Shown: positions 29,540 to 40,062, counted from the first letter of the stretch. The stretch is DNA of 64,000 bases from Sumerlaeia bacterium (GCA_040219255.1 JAVJSW010000037.1:64001-128000), one strand, 5' to 3'. Notes: generated by a model from the letters alone, not told the origin. Made by a program: numbers and translations.

Positions 29540-31117
29540 GTGACTCAGGATAAACAAAAGAAAAGCGCTCACGCGACGATGGCGCAGCGCTTGGGCGAGT
29601 TGCGAGACCGCGAAGCCCACATTCATCTCGGCGGCGGCAAAGACCGCATCGAAAAGCAGCACAAGGCCGGCAAGCTGAGCGCTCGCGAGCGCATCTCTTC
29701 GCTGACCGACGAAGGCTCCTTCCAGGAATCCTATGCCTTCGCCAAGCACCGCTGCACCGCCTTCGGCCTGGCCGATAAGGAATTTCCCGCCGACGGCGTC
29801 GTCACCGGCAGCGCCACCGTACAGGGGCGCCAGGTGTACCTCGCCAGCCAGGACTTCACCGTCGCCGGCGGCGCCCTGGGCCAAATCCACGGCACCAAGA
29901 TCGTGGAGATGATGCAGGGGTCGCTCAAGACCGGCAGCCCCTTCGTCTTCATCAACGACAGCGGCGGCGCCCGGATCCAGGAAGGCATCGACAGCCTGAC
30001 GGCCTACGCGGAGGTGTTCTATCACAACACGCTGCTGTCGGGCGTAGTGCCCCAGATTTCGCTCATCCTCGGTCCCTGCGCCGGCGGCGCGGCGTACAGC
30101 CCGGCGCTGACCGATTTCATCATTCAATCGCGTTCGGCGCAGATTTTCATCACCGGACCCTCGGTCATCAAGCAGGTGACCGGAGCGGACGTGAGCCCGA
30201 CGGAGCTGGGCGGTCCGGATGTGCAGATGCGCAAAGCCGGCAACATTCACTTCATCGCCGAGGACGACCATCACGCGATCCAACTCTGCCAGCGGTTGCT
30301 CAGCTTCCTGCCGAGCAACAACGTGGAGGACGCGCCCTACGTTTCGTTCCCCGAGTCGATTTCGCTCGTGCCGGAGCTGAACGACAGCGTGCCGGTCGAG
30401 CCCAAGCAGGGCTACGACATCCACCGGGTCATCGATCTGATTGTGGACAACGGCGATTTCCTCGAGGTGCAAACGCATTTCGCCGCGAACGCGGTGGTGG
30501 GCTTCGGGCGCATCAAGGGGCAAACGATCGGCCTTGTGGCGAATCAGCCTTCGGTCACGGCCGGTGTGCTCGACATCGACAGCTCGGACAAGATCGCCCG
30601 CTTCGTGCGTTTCTGCAACGCGTTCAATATTCCGCTGGTGACGCTGGTGGACGTGCCCGGGTTCCTGCCGGGGCTCCAGCAGGAGCACGGCGGTATCATC
30701 CGTCACGGCGCGAAGGTTTTGTTCGCGTACTCGGCGGCGACGGTGCCGAAGATCACGATCGTTTTGCGCAAAGCGTACGGCGGGGCCTATGTGGCGATGT
30801 GCTGCAAGGGGCTCGGCGCGGACAAGGTGGCGTGTTGGCCGACGGCGGAGATCGCGGTGATGGGCGCCGAGGGCGCCGTGGCCGTGGTGTTCCGCAAGGA
30901 GCTGGACGCTGCGGAAGACAAAGCGGCCAAGCGCCAGGAGTTGATCACCGAATACCGCGAGACGTTCTCGTCGCCGTACATGGCGGCGGGACGGATGATG
31001 GTGGACGCGATCATCGAGCCGGCGGAAACGCGCCAGTATATCGCGCAATCGTTGGCGTTGCTGCGCAACAAGCGCGACTTGCGGCCCGAAAAGAAACACG
31101 GCTTGATGCCGCTGTAA
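29540..31117 (+). CDS. mmdA: Methylmalonyl-CoA decarboxylase alpha (carboxyltransferase) subunit
   Basis: DSGGARIQEG, GPCAGGAAYSPALTDF, DVPGFLPG, RKAYGGAY; GTG at 29540 after GAGGA. Confidence 0.9.
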   Translation: MTQDKQKKSAHATMAQRLGELRDREAHIHLGGGKDRIEKQHKAGKLSARERISSLTDEGSFQESYAFAKHRCTAFGLADKEFPADGVVTGSATVQGRQVYLASQDFTVAGGALGQIHGTKIVEMMQGSLKTGSPFVFINDSGGARIQEGIDSLTAYAEVFYHNTLLSGVVPQISLILGPCAGGAAYSPALTDFIIQSRSAQIFITGPSVIKQVTGADVSPTELGGPDVQMRKAGNIHFIAEDDHHAIQLCQRLLSFLPSNNVEDAPYVSFPESISLVPELNDSVPVEPKQGYDIHRVIDLIVDNGDFLEVQTHFAANAVVGFGRIKGQTIGLVANQPSVTAGVLDIDSSDKIARFVRFCNAFNIPLVTLVDVPGFLPGLQQEHGGIIRHGAKVLFAYSAATVPKITIVLRKAYGGAYVAMCCKGLGADKVACWPTAEIAVMGAEGAVAVVFRKELDAAEDKAAKRQELITEYRETFSSPYMAAGRMMVDAIIEPAETRQYIAQSLALLRNKRDLRPEKKHGLMPL

Positions 31118-31144
31118 CGTCGGCCCATTTCCTGGAGGTCCTTC

Positions 31145-31618
31145 ATGCCATCCCTTCTTTCTTCGACTTTCGATCTGCTCGCGCAGGCGCCCACGACAGC
31201 GCCGGCGGTGGCGGAGCCGGTGTCGAATTTCGCCCAGGCCGCCGAACTGGCGGTCATCGGAATGGGCCTAGTGGTCACAATGTTGGCCATCATGGCTCTG
31301 CTGATGTCTCTGGCGGGGGCTTGGGCCCGCAAAGCCTTCCCCGCCGATTCGAACGCGCCGGTGGCGAAGGCGCCCGCCGCCTCGCCGGGTCCGATCGCGA
31401 AGTCGCCGGTTCCGAGCCCATCGGCACCCCCGGCGGCCAAGGACGATCAGATCGCGCCGGAGATTGTGGCGGTCATCACCGCCGCGGTCGCGGCCACGGT
31501 GCAGCGGTCCTTCCGCATCCGTTCCATTACGCCTCAGACAACCCAATCGCCCGCGTGGATCCTGCAAGGCCGCAGCCGCCTGCTGAGTTCCCATAAACTG
31601 AGAAAAGGCTCACGATGA
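31145..31618 (+). CDS. mmdD: Na+-decarboxylase delta/OadG-family subunit
   Basis: TM GMGLVVTMLAIMAL, Pro/Ala linker, EIVAVITAAV and terminal W..GR motif. Confidence 0.8.
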   Translation: MPSLLSSTFDLLAQAPTTAPAVAEPVSNFAQAAELAVIGMGLVVTMLAIMALLMSLAGAWARKAFPADSNAPVAKAPAASPGPIAKSPVPSPSAPPAAKDDQIAPEIVAVITAAVAATVQRSFRIRSITPQTTQSPAWILQGRSRLLSSHKLRKGSR

Positions 31619-32022
31619 AACTGCGCATTACGGTTCAAGGAAAAGTTTACGACGTCGACGTCGAAGTCTTGGAAGGTGGCGGTCCGGCCGCCGCCGGTGG
31701 GGGAGCGCCCCTTCCTCTGCCAGCGGCACCTGTCGCTCCTTCCGCGGTGCCTGCGGGGGCTTCAACTCCCCCCGCGGGTGCCACTCCGCCCGCCCCCGCC
31801 GCCGCGGGAGCCAACAGTGTCCCCTCGCCGATCGCCGGCTCGATCTTCAAGGTCAAGGTCAACGAGGGCGATGAGATCAACGAAGGCGATGAGATTTTCG
31901 TTCTCGAAGCGATGAAGATGGAAATGCCCGTCTACTCGCCCCGCAGCGGCACGGCGAAGTCCGTTCTGGTGCGGCCCGGCGACGCGGTGGCCCCTGGGCA
32001 AAGTCTGATGGAGTTCGAGTAA
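31615..32022 (+). CDS. mmdC: Biotin carboxyl carrier subunit of the decarboxylase
   Basis: LEAMKM biotinylation motif and Ala/Pro linker. Confidence 0.92.
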   Translation: MKLRITVQGKVYDVDVEVLEGGGPAAAGGGAPLPLPAAPVAPSAVPAGASTPPAGATPPAPAAAGANSVPSPIAGSIFKVKVNEGDEINEGDEIFVLEAMKMEMPVYSPRSGTAKSVLVRPGDAVAPGQSLMEFE

Positions 32023-32090
32023 ACGGGCCACCACGCCACCCTGTGCTATTGCTCTGTACTGTCTTGCGGTAAGAACGGAAATTCAGCCCC

Positions 32091-33521
32091 ATGTTGCAAT
32101 CCCTCTTGGATTTTCTCCATAGCTCCGGCTTTGGGCAGGTGACCTACGGCAACGTGATCATGATCGCCATCGGCGGCTTGTTCATCTTCCTGGCCATCAA
32201 GAAGGGCTTCGAGCCCCTCCTGCTCGTTCCCATCGGTTTCGGGATGCTGATCGGCAACATCCCCTACGATGCGAGCAAACTGAGCCTGAGCGTTTACGAC
32301 GGTCCCGTGAACGAGGACAAAATCACCTACGTCACGGCCGCCGAGCCCGTGACGATCGCGGGCGAAACTTACGGCCCATTCACCCCATTGCTTGATGTCA
32401 AGCCAGCGGACAAACTGGTCGATCAGGGCAAGGTCCTGATGACGTACGATGGGGAAAAGCTGCGCTATCCCAACAGCGCCATCACGACGATTCCGTCGAC
32501 GTACCATCTCGAGAAGGGTGGCCATACCGTCTTCGTGGCCGAAATTAGCGATGATTCGCGCTATCCGATCGTGATCGAGCCCGAGCGGCAAAACATCTTC
32601 AACGCCAGCGTGCTCTGGATTTTGTTCCGGGGGATCGAGTGGGGATTTTTCCCCCCATTGATTTTCCTGGGTGTGGGAGCGCTCATCGATTTCGGTCCGC
32701 TGCTTTCCAATCCCAAGACTCTGCTGTTGGGCGCGGCGGCCCAGTTCGGCATCTTCGGGGCGCTGTTTCTGGCGGTCATGATGGGCTTCGATATGAAGGA
32801 AGCGGCCTCCATCGGGATCATCGGCGGCGCCGACGGACCGACCGCGATCTTCACCTGCACCATGCTGGCGCCTCATCTCCTGGGGGCGGTGGCGCTGGCG
32901 GCGTACAGTTACATGGCGATGGTTCCGATCATTCAGCCGCCGATCATGAAGCTCCTCACCACGAAGGCCGAGCGGAAAATCCGCATGGAGGCTCCCAAGC
33001 ATGTGCCGCGCATCGTGCGCATCATGTTCCCGGTGCTTGGGTTCCTGCTGACGGCTTTCATCGCCAATGGGGCGCTGCCACTCCTGGGCATGCTGTTTTT
33101 CGGCAACCTGCTGCGCGAAAGCATGGTGACCGAACGGCTTTCGAAAACCGCCTCGAACGCCATGATCGACATTGTGACGATCCTGCTGGGCGTGACGGTG
33201 GGCGCGAAGACGCAGGCGAGCAATTTCCTGACCGTTGAGACGCTCGGGATTTTCGTCCTCGGCATCGTGGCCTTCGCCATCGCGACGGCTACCGGGGTGC
33301 TGGCGGCGAAGCTGATGAACGCGGTGTGCAAGGAGCAGATCAATCCTCTGATCGGCGCCGCGGGCGTGTCCGCCGTGCCGATGTCAGCCCGAGTGGTGCA
33401 CCGTGTGGCTCAGGAAGAGGACCCGCAAAACTTCCTCCTGATGCACGCGATGGGTCCGAACGTGGCGGGCGTGATCGGTTCGGCGCTGGCGGCCGGGGTA
33501 CTGCTCTCCACGCTGTCCTGA
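32091..33521 (+). CDS. mmdB: Na+-translocating decarboxylase beta subunit (OadB family)
   Basis: FEPLLLVPIGFG, IGIIGGADGPT, GVSAVPMSARV, HAMGPNVAGVIGS. Confidence 0.95.
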   Translation: MLQSLLDFLHSSGFGQVTYGNVIMIAIGGLFIFLAIKKGFEPLLLVPIGFGMLIGNIPYDASKLSLSVYDGPVNEDKITYVTAAEPVTIAGETYGPFTPLLDVKPADKLVDQGKVLMTYDGEKLRYPNSAITTIPSTYHLEKGGHTVFVAEISDDSRYPIVIEPERQNIFNASVLWILFRGIEWGFFPPLIFLGVGALIDFGPLLSNPKTLLLGAAAQFGIFGALFLAVMMGFDMKEAASIGIIGGADGPTAIFTCTMLAPHLLGAVALAAYSYMAMVPIIQPPIMKLLTTKAERKIRMEAPKHVPRIVRIMFPVLGFLLTAFIANGALPLLGMLFFGNLLRESMVTERLSKTASNAMIDIVTILLGVTVGAKTQASNFLTVETLGIFVLGIVAFAIATATGVLAAKLMNAVCKEQINPLIGAAGVSAVPMSARVVHRVAQEEDPQNFLLMHAMGPNVAGVIGSALAAGVLLSTLS

Positions 33522-33549
33522 TCGCCGATTGTCATAAAAACCCTTTGGT

Positions 33550-33591
33550 TGCCGCCCGGAAGTCGTGAGACATTCGGGCGGCATTCTTTTT
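33550..33591 (+). terminator. Rho-independent terminator of the mut/mmd operon
   Basis: tgccgcccg/cgggcggca stem followed by ttcttttt. Confidence 0.6.
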
Positions 33592-33607
33592 CTTCCGGAG
33601 TTTTTCC

Positions 33608-34870
33608 ATGCCTGTTCGTTTCGTTCCCATGCTCGCCGCTTCCGTCTTTTCGCTCTTGGCCACGGTGGGCGGGGCCTTTCCCAATCCCATCGAACCCACG
33701 CGCTCGGACGCGTTTTCCGAACTCGACGCCGTTATGGAATCTGGCATCGCGGATGGCCTCTACCCGGGCGGCGTGTTGGTCGTCGGAACGCCGGGGGAGA
33801 TACTGTGGGCCCAGCCTTACGGCCGCGTTTCCTGGGAAGACGACGCCGCCACCGTGACGCTCGATACGATTTACGACCTGGCGTCGGTGTCCAAGGTCGT
33901 CGGTACGGCCACCGGTGCCTGGCTGATGCTGGGCGAGGACGAACTTTCTCTGTCCGATCCCGTGGAGGAGCACATCGCCGGCTTCGGCACGGAAGGCAAA
34001 GAGACCGTCACGATCAAGGAACTGATGACGCACACCTCGGGATTGAAGGCCTACGACAGCCGTGACCGGGTGGAGGCGTTGCGCCGCCCCGGTGAAACCC
34101 ATGCGGACGCTTTGATTCGGGCCTACGCGGCGCTGCCGGCGTCCTATACCCCGCGCGAGAGTTACACATACAGTTGTCTGAATTTCCAGACGCTCGCCCG
34201 CATCGTCGAGAACGCGGCGGGCAAGCGGCTGGAGACGTTGCTGGTGGAGCGCGTCTTCGGGCCGATGGGGATGAACGACACGCGGTATCTGCTTTCGGCG
34301 GAGCAGTTGGCCCGCACCGCCCCGACGCACCGTGACGCGGCGGGCAAACCGGTCAGTGGGACGATCCACGACCCCTTGGCCAGCTACCACGGCGCCGAGG
34401 CCCATTGCCCGGGAAACGCAGGGCTCTTCGGCACCGCCCCGGACCTCGCGAAGTATTGCGCCATGGTCTTGCAGGACGGGGCCTGGGAGGGCGGTCAACT
34501 CATCCCGGCGGAGGTGATGCGGGAAGCGAAGCGGTCTCAGATCGGCTCGGAACTTGGCGAGGAGCGCGGCCTTGGCTGGGACGTTTTCGAGTCGAGGAAG
34601 TGGGTGACGCCACTTAACTCCGAGGAGGGTGAACGCGTGATCGGGCACCTGGGCTATACCGGAACGATGCTCTGGCTGGACCAGAGGACGGGGACGTATT
34701 TCGTGATGCTGACGAACCGGACGTTGCCGAGGGAACGGCGGGCGGGCGATCAGGCACCGAGCATCAACGCGGTGCGCGGCGAGGTCTGTCAGGTGGTGCT
34801 GCGAGGGTTGACGGAGTACGAGGGGCAATTCTTCGGGGGCGAGGAGAAGACGGCGGGCGGAGGGCTTTGA
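33608..34870 (+). CDS. Secreted serine hydrolase (beta-lactamase class C family)
   Basis: LASVSK (SxxK), LMTHTSG, YSCLNF, GHLGYTG. Confidence 0.9.
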   Translation: MPVRFVPMLAASVFSLLATVGGAFPNPIEPTRSDAFSELDAVMESGIADGLYPGGVLVVGTPGEILWAQPYGRVSWEDDAATVTLDTIYDLASVSKVVGTATGAWLMLGEDELSLSDPVEEHIAGFGTEGKETVTIKELMTHTSGLKAYDSRDRVEALRRPGETHADALIRAYAALPASYTPRESYTYSCLNFQTLARIVENAAGKRLETLLVERVFGPMGMNDTRYLLSAEQLARTAPTHRDAAGKPVSGTIHDPLASYHGAEAHCPGNAGLFGTAPDLAKYCAMVLQDGAWEGGQLIPAEVMREAKRSQIGSELGEERGLGWDVFESRKWVTPLNSEEGERVIGHLGYTGTMLWLDQRTGTYFVMLTNRTLPRERRAGDQAPSINAVRGEVCQVVLRGLTEYEGQFFGGEEKTAGGGL

Positions 34871-35085
34871 AAATACGGCGATTTCCGCGTTTTGAGATAA
34901 TGCGGAGAGTCGGCGTGGGGTTTGGGGGACGGGGCCTATTCCGTTCCTGATCGCGAGGTTTGGACGATCCGAAACCACTTGCGAAGGGGCCCGGGGCTTT
35001 CTATCGTCGATTCCATTTTGCGAACCTGTTTCGCGGCGGTGGCGCAAGTGGCTGCCCGAAACGAATCTCCTGCAATTTCTGAATC

Positions 35086-38000
35086 ATGTCCGACTCGACA
35101 GATCCGCCGTCCGATCGCACACAACTTCCCCACGCGCCTGGCGATCCGGAGATGTCTTACGATTTCGACCGGACGTTGCTCTATCACGATGAGCACCCGC
35201 TCCGCCGGCCCGAGCCCGCCAACCCGATTTTCTATTCCGACTGGCAAACGCTGACGCAGGTTTCGTTGAGGGAGACGACGAGCGAAAAGAGCGCGGAGCT
35301 TCTCGTTCAGCGCTACGATCTGATTCGCATGCTGGGCCGGGGCGGCGTCGGCGAAGTCTGGGAAGCGCGCCAGGGATCGCTTCAGCGCTCGGTGGCGGTG
35401 AAGCGGCTGGCCAAGGAAGTGCGCGATCATCTGGGCAGTTCCTCCGTGTCCGGCTCCTATGAAACGCTATTCCATCAGGAGGCGCTGACGGCGGCTCAGC
35501 TCGACCACCCCAACATCGTGCCGGTGTACGATCTCGTGCCCGATGGCAACGGCATGCCTCAATTGGCGATGAAGCTGGTGCGGGGCCGAAGCTGGAAGGA
35601 ACTGATCGAGGAGGACCGGCACCAGAGCATCACGGAGATCCTGACGCGCCATCTGCCGATTCTGGTGGATGTGGCGCAGGCGGTGGCGTTCGCCCATTCC
35701 CGCGGCATTGTGCATCGCGACCTGAAACCGACGCAGGTGATGGTCGGGGATTTCGGCGAAGTGTACCTGATGGATTGGGGTTTGTCGCTGGTTTACGATC
35801 CGGAACGGCTGGGCGCCTCGCGCCAACTGGTGGACGAGCGTTACCTGCCAACCCCCGAAACGGCCAGCAGCCCCGCCGGCACGGCGGCGTTCATGGCGCC
35901 GGAGCAGACCTTGCCGACCGCCGAGCAGATCGGTCCCTGGACGGATATCTTCCTGTTGGGGGCGACGCTCTATTATCTTCTGACCGGTCAGCCGCCGCAC
36001 ACCGGCGCGACGTACTCCGAGTCCTTCCAGAAAGCGATCCGCTGCGATATACCGCACCCGTCCAAGGCCTGCCCGGACCGGCGGATTCCTGACGCCCTTT
36101 CGGCGATCTGCATGCGCGCGCTGGCGAAGCTGCCGCCCGATCGTTACGCCAGCACGCGCCAATTCCTCGATGAGCTGCGCGATTACCTGACGGGTTCGCG
36201 GAACCACCGCGAGTCGGAGGCCATCGCCGCCGCGGTGGAGGCCGAGACCGCTTCGAAAGCGCTGCCGGAGTACCGCGACCTGGTGCGCAGCCTTTCCCAG
36301 CTGGACAACTCGCGGGCCTTGTGGCCGGAAAATCCGCGCATTCCGGCGCTGCGCGAAGTGCTGCTGACCGCCTACGCCCGGGCGGCCCTGCGAAACAAGG
36401 ACCTCAAGCTGGCGCAAGTGCAGGCGGAGCAATTGGCTCCGGGGCCGGAGCGGCGCGCCCTGCTGGAGGACATCGAGGGCCTGGAGCGCAAGGAGCGGGT
36501 TCACGCGTTCCAGCGGCGTTTCGCCCTCGCCACCGCGGCGGCGATGCTGGGGGCTCTTTTCCTGGTGACGCTGCTGGCGATCGACCGGGCCCAGGACGCG
36601 TCGCACGCGCGCCGCGTGGCGGAGGATGCGAATCGCGTGGCCCTGGAGGCCAACCGGGCTGAGCAGGCGGCCCGCGCCGAAGCGCTGGAGCGCGCGGCGG
36701 CGGCGGAGTACGGCCTTTACCTGACCAATGTGCAATTCGCCCAGCTTTGTCTGCGGGATGGGCGCGTCGCGGCGGCCCGAGAATATCTGAGCCAGTCCCC
36801 GCCGGCCCTGCGCAATTGGGAGTGGGGCTTCCTGATGCAGAGCACGGAGGCGGCCCTGGGCACGCTGACGGGCCACACGCGCAAGGTCAACACCGCTCAA
36901 TTCGGTCTCCGCACGGGCCGTCTCCTGACCTCCTCACGCGATCATCAGGCGATCCTTTGGGACCCGATCCGCGGCGAGGTGCTGCACCGGCTCGCGGGGC
37001 ACGGAGAAAACGTCGAGTACGCCAGCTTCGATTCCCTGGAAGAGCGAGTCCTGACCGTTTCCGACGATCAGACGGCCCGCCTTTGGGATGCCCGGTCGGG
37101 CGAGCTTCTGCACCTTCTCAAGGGGCATACCGGCAATGTGGCCTTCGGGGCGTTCTCGCCCGCCGGCGACCGGGTGGTCACCGCCAGCATCGACAACACG
37201 GCGCGCGTCTGGGACGCGGAGACGGGGGCTGAACTCCATGTTCTTCGCGGGCACGAAAAATCCGTGGTCCACGCCGTCTTCGACGCCACCGGGGCGCGGG
37301 TCGTGACGTCCTCGTCGGATGGCACGGCGCGTCTCTGGGATGCGGTGTCGGGCGCCGAACTGGTGGCTTTTCGCGGCCACGGCGATGGCCTGAGCATGGC
37401 GGCGGTGGGTCCGGACGGGCGCCTTCTGGCGACGGCTTCACTCGATCACACGGCGCGGCTGTGGAATCTGGAAACGGGCGAGGCGCTTCGGACCTTCGCC
37501 GGTCACAGTGGCGTTGTGCTGACGGTGGATTTCAACACCGACGGCAGCCGTCTTCTGACCGCTAGCATGGATCACACGGCCCGGGTCTGGGAAACCGCCA
37601 CGGGCCAGGAGAGTCTGCTCCTGGAAGGCCATCAGGCGGGCGTCAAACGCGCAACCTTCAGCCCCGACAGCGCAACCATCGCGACCGCTAGCATGGACAA
37701 TCGGGCCCTGGTGTGGAATGCCAAGACCGGCCGGCAGGTGAACGAACTCTCTGGCCACAGCGACTGGGTTTACTGGGCCACCCACAGCCCCGACGGCTCC
37801 ATGGTGGCCACCGCGTCGAAGGACGGCACGGTCGGTCTGTGGAGAGCCACGCTGGGCGGTCCGACGACGCGCCTGACGAGCCATGCCGGCACGGTGACGG
37901 ACGCGGACTTCAGCCCCGACGGCAGACTCCTTGCCACCTCGTCGAACGATTCCACTCTTTGTCTCTGGAACCTGGAAGAGGGCCGGCTGGAGCGGCGTCT

Positions 38001-40062
38001 GCAAGGCCATCAGTGGGGGATCGTCTGCGCCGAATTCAGCCCCGGCGGCACACGCCTCGTCTCCGCCTCCTTTGACGAAACCGCCCGGCTCTGGGATTTG
38101 ACCGGGGAGTCGGCGCCGGTCATTCTCGCCGGTCACCACGGCACGGTCGTGGACGCGCATTTCTCCGCCGACGGTTCGTTGCTGGGCACGGCGTCCGAGG
38201 ATGGGGTGCTGCGGCTTTGGGACGGCAAGACCGGGGAGCCACGGGCTGTGCTGGAGGGCCACGATGGCGCCCTGACGGAGTTCGAGTTCTCGCCCGGCAA
38301 TCAGTTCGTCGTCAGTACCTCCACCGATGGTACGGCTCGGGTCTGGTCCGTTTCCGGCGAGCCGGAGCCGCTGGCCGTGCTGCGTCACGATTCGGCAGTG
38401 CGGGCCGCCCATTTCGCCGCGAAGGGCGGAAGCCTCATCACCGGAACGGCGTCGGGCCAGTTGCATTTCTGGGATCCACGCACGGGCGAGCGCCACAAGC
38501 GCCTGAGCATCAGCGCCGAGCCCATCAGTTGTCTCCACGTGTCGCCGGCCGGCGACCGCGTTCTGGCCTGCTCGGAAGGTGGCCGCTCCTGGCTTCTGGC
38601 GGTGCCCCAGGGCGACATCGTGCAGGAGTTCACCGGCCACGGTGCGGCGATTACCGCCGCCGCCTTCAGCCCCGACGGGTCGCGAATCGTCACCGGATCG
38701 CGCGATCAGACGGCCAAGGTCTGGGATGCCCGGACGGGGCGCGAGCTGCTGACGCTGGCCGGTCACGGGCGGGAAGTGGTGGCCGTTCAGTTCTCCCCCG
38801 ACGGCCAGACCATCGTGACGGCCTCGGCGGACAATACGGCCTGTCTGTGGCACGCCGCTCCCTGGCAAGGTCCGAAGACCGACGGCCCGATGACCCACGC
38901 CCCCGTTCTGCTGGCGAGCGCCGGTGCCGGCGGTCTGGCCGCCTTCGGATCGACCGAAGCGCCCGCGGAAGAAGCGGAGCGCAGCCTGTTCGTTTCCGCC
39001 TTTGGCGAGCTGGTGGCCGGCGCCCACGGCCCGCTGACACTGGACGAGCAACTGGCGGTTCCGGCGGGGGCGCCGTTGCGGATCGTGGCCCTGGTGCCCA
39101 GTCACCTGCGCGACAAGACGCTCTCCATCGCCGGCAGCCATCCCGACCTGGGCGACTGGGAGGCCAACAAGGTCCCGATGGACTTTCTCCATACCGGACC
39201 CTACGGCGATCTGTTCGAAAAGCGCACCACCTTTCAGCCGCCCCTGACCTTCAAAATGACCCTCGGTCATCAGGGGGAAGGCTGGACCGGCACGGGCGAA
39301 TGGGCCGGACCGCCGGACCGGGTCCTGCCCCATCCGGACGCACTCCTGTTCCGTGCACCGGATGGCGAGTATCTCCTGATTTGCCAGTTCGGAACGCCGC
39401 CCGACGGCAAGATGAAGCTCCACGATGTGCCCCCCACCTGGATGACGAATCAGCACCAGCGCCCCGGCCATGCCCTGCCGGTGAAGACGGAGGTGCAAAA
39501 CATCCTGGGGGAACTGCTGGCGCGCCTGGAAGAAGCGGAAGCGATGGAACCGGAGCAGGGCCGGCAGGTTCTCGAAAGCGCTCTGGAAGAATTCGAGCTG
39601 CGCATGCAAGGCATCAGCCCCGAGCATCGCGTCCTCAAAGACATCGTTCGGCCCGGCTGGCGCCTCCTCACCATGCCCGAGCAGGAAGACTTGCTCAACG
39701 GCGGAGACACCATCACCCTGATGGCGATCCTGAGCGAGCCCTCCACCGACAAGAAAATCCACGCCGCCGGCAACACCGAGTCCCTGGGCAGTTGGATCCC
39801 GAACCAACAAGCCTTCACTTATGAGGGGACAGTGGGCGAGGGGGCACATCTCTGGACTTTGGAGGTGCCGTTCGAGCCGATGGAGTTCAAACTGACCCAC
39901 GGCCAGGCGGGCGATGGCTGGATCGGAACGCAGGAATGGGCCGGAGAACCGAACCGGCGGGTCCCCAGCGCCTCCTCCCTCATCTACGTCACGCCGGAAG
40001 GGGACTACCGAATGGTTTGCCTCTTTGGCGAACTCGACGAAGCCACCGGCGCCGTGCCCTGA
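35086..40062 (+). CDS. Ser/Thr protein kinase - TM - WD40 propellers - two CBM20-like domains
   Basis: LGRGGVGEV, VAVK, HRDLKP, DWG, APEQ; TM FALATAAAMLGALFLVTLLAI; about 15 GH...WD repeats; two repeats of IAGS.P.LG.W...FK.T.G...EW.G..NR. Confidence 0.9.
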   Translation: MSDSTDPPSDRTQLPHAPGDPEMSYDFDRTLLYHDEHPLRRPEPANPIFYSDWQTLTQVSLRETTSEKSAELLVQRYDLIRMLGRGGVGEVWEARQGSLQRSVAVKRLAKEVRDHLGSSSVSGSYETLFHQEALTAAQLDHPNIVPVYDLVPDGNGMPQLAMKLVRGRSWKELIEEDRHQSITEILTRHLPILVDVAQAVAFAHSRGIVHRDLKPTQVMVGDFGEVYLMDWGLSLVYDPERLGASRQLVDERYLPTPETASSPAGTAAFMAPEQTLPTAEQIGPWTDIFLLGATLYYLLTGQPPHTGATYSESFQKAIRCDIPHPSKACPDRRIPDALSAICMRALAKLPPDRYASTRQFLDELRDYLTGSRNHRESEAIAAAVEAETASKALPEYRDLVRSLSQLDNSRALWPENPRIPALREVLLTAYARAALRNKDLKLAQVQAEQLAPGPERRALLEDIEGLERKERVHAFQRRFALATAAAMLGALFLVTLLAIDRAQDASHARRVAEDANRVALEANRAEQAARAEALERAAAAEYGLYLTNVQFAQLCLRDGRVAAAREYLSQSPPALRNWEWGFLMQSTEAALGTLTGHTRKVNTAQFGLRTGRLLTSSRDHQAILWDPIRGEVLHRLAGHGENVEYASFDSLEERVLTVSDDQTARLWDARSGELLHLLKGHTGNVAFGAFSPAGDRVVTASIDNTARVWDAETGAELHVLRGHEKSVVHAVFDATGARVVTSSSDGTARLWDAVSGAELVAFRGHGDGLSMAAVGPDGRLLATASLDHTARLWNLETGEALRTFAGHSGVVLTVDFNTDGSRLLTASMDHTARVWETATGQESLLLEGHQAGVKRATFSPDSATIATASMDNRALVWNAKTGRQVNELSGHSDWVYWATHSPDGSMVATASKDGTVGLWRATLGGPTTRLTSHAGTVTDADFSPDGRLLATSSNDSTLCLWNLEEGRLERRLQGHQWGIVCAEFSPGGTRLVSASFDETARLWDLTGESAPVILAGHHGTVVDAHFSADGSLLGTASEDGVLRLWDGKTGEPRAVLEGHDGALTEFEFSPGNQFVVSTSTDGTARVWSVSGEPEPLAVLRHDSAVRAAHFAAKGGSLITGTASGQLHFWDPRTGERHKRLSISAEPISCLHVSPAGDRVLACSEGGRSWLLAVPQGDIVQEFTGHGAAITAAAFSPDGSRIVTGSRDQTAKVWDARTGRELLTLAGHGREVVAVQFSPDGQTIVTASADNTACLWHAAPWQGPKTDGPMTHAPVLLASAGAGGLAAFGSTEAPAEEAERSLFVSAFGELVAGAHGPLTLDEQLAVPAGAPLRIVALVPSHLRDKTLSIAGSHPDLGDWEANKVPMDFLHTGPYGDLFEKRTTFQPPLTFKMTLGHQGEGWTGTGEWAGPPDRVLPHPDALLFRAPDGEYLLICQFGTPPDGKMKLHDVPPTWMTNQHQRPGHALPVKTEVQNILGELLARLEEAEAMEPEQGRQVLESALEEFELRMQGISPEHRVLKDIVRPGWRLLTMPEQEDLLNGGDTITLMAILSEPSTDKKIHAAGNTESLGSWIPNQQAFTYEGTVGEGAHLWTLEVPFEPMEFKLTHGQAGDGWIGTQEWAGEPNRRVPSASSLIYVTPEGDYRMVCLFGELDEATGAVP

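Noticed and set aside
36860-38860. Periodic DNA similarity suggesting a repeat array or CRISPR
   Set aside because: It is degenerate WD40 coding repeats; no identical repeats with spacers and no cas genes are in the window.
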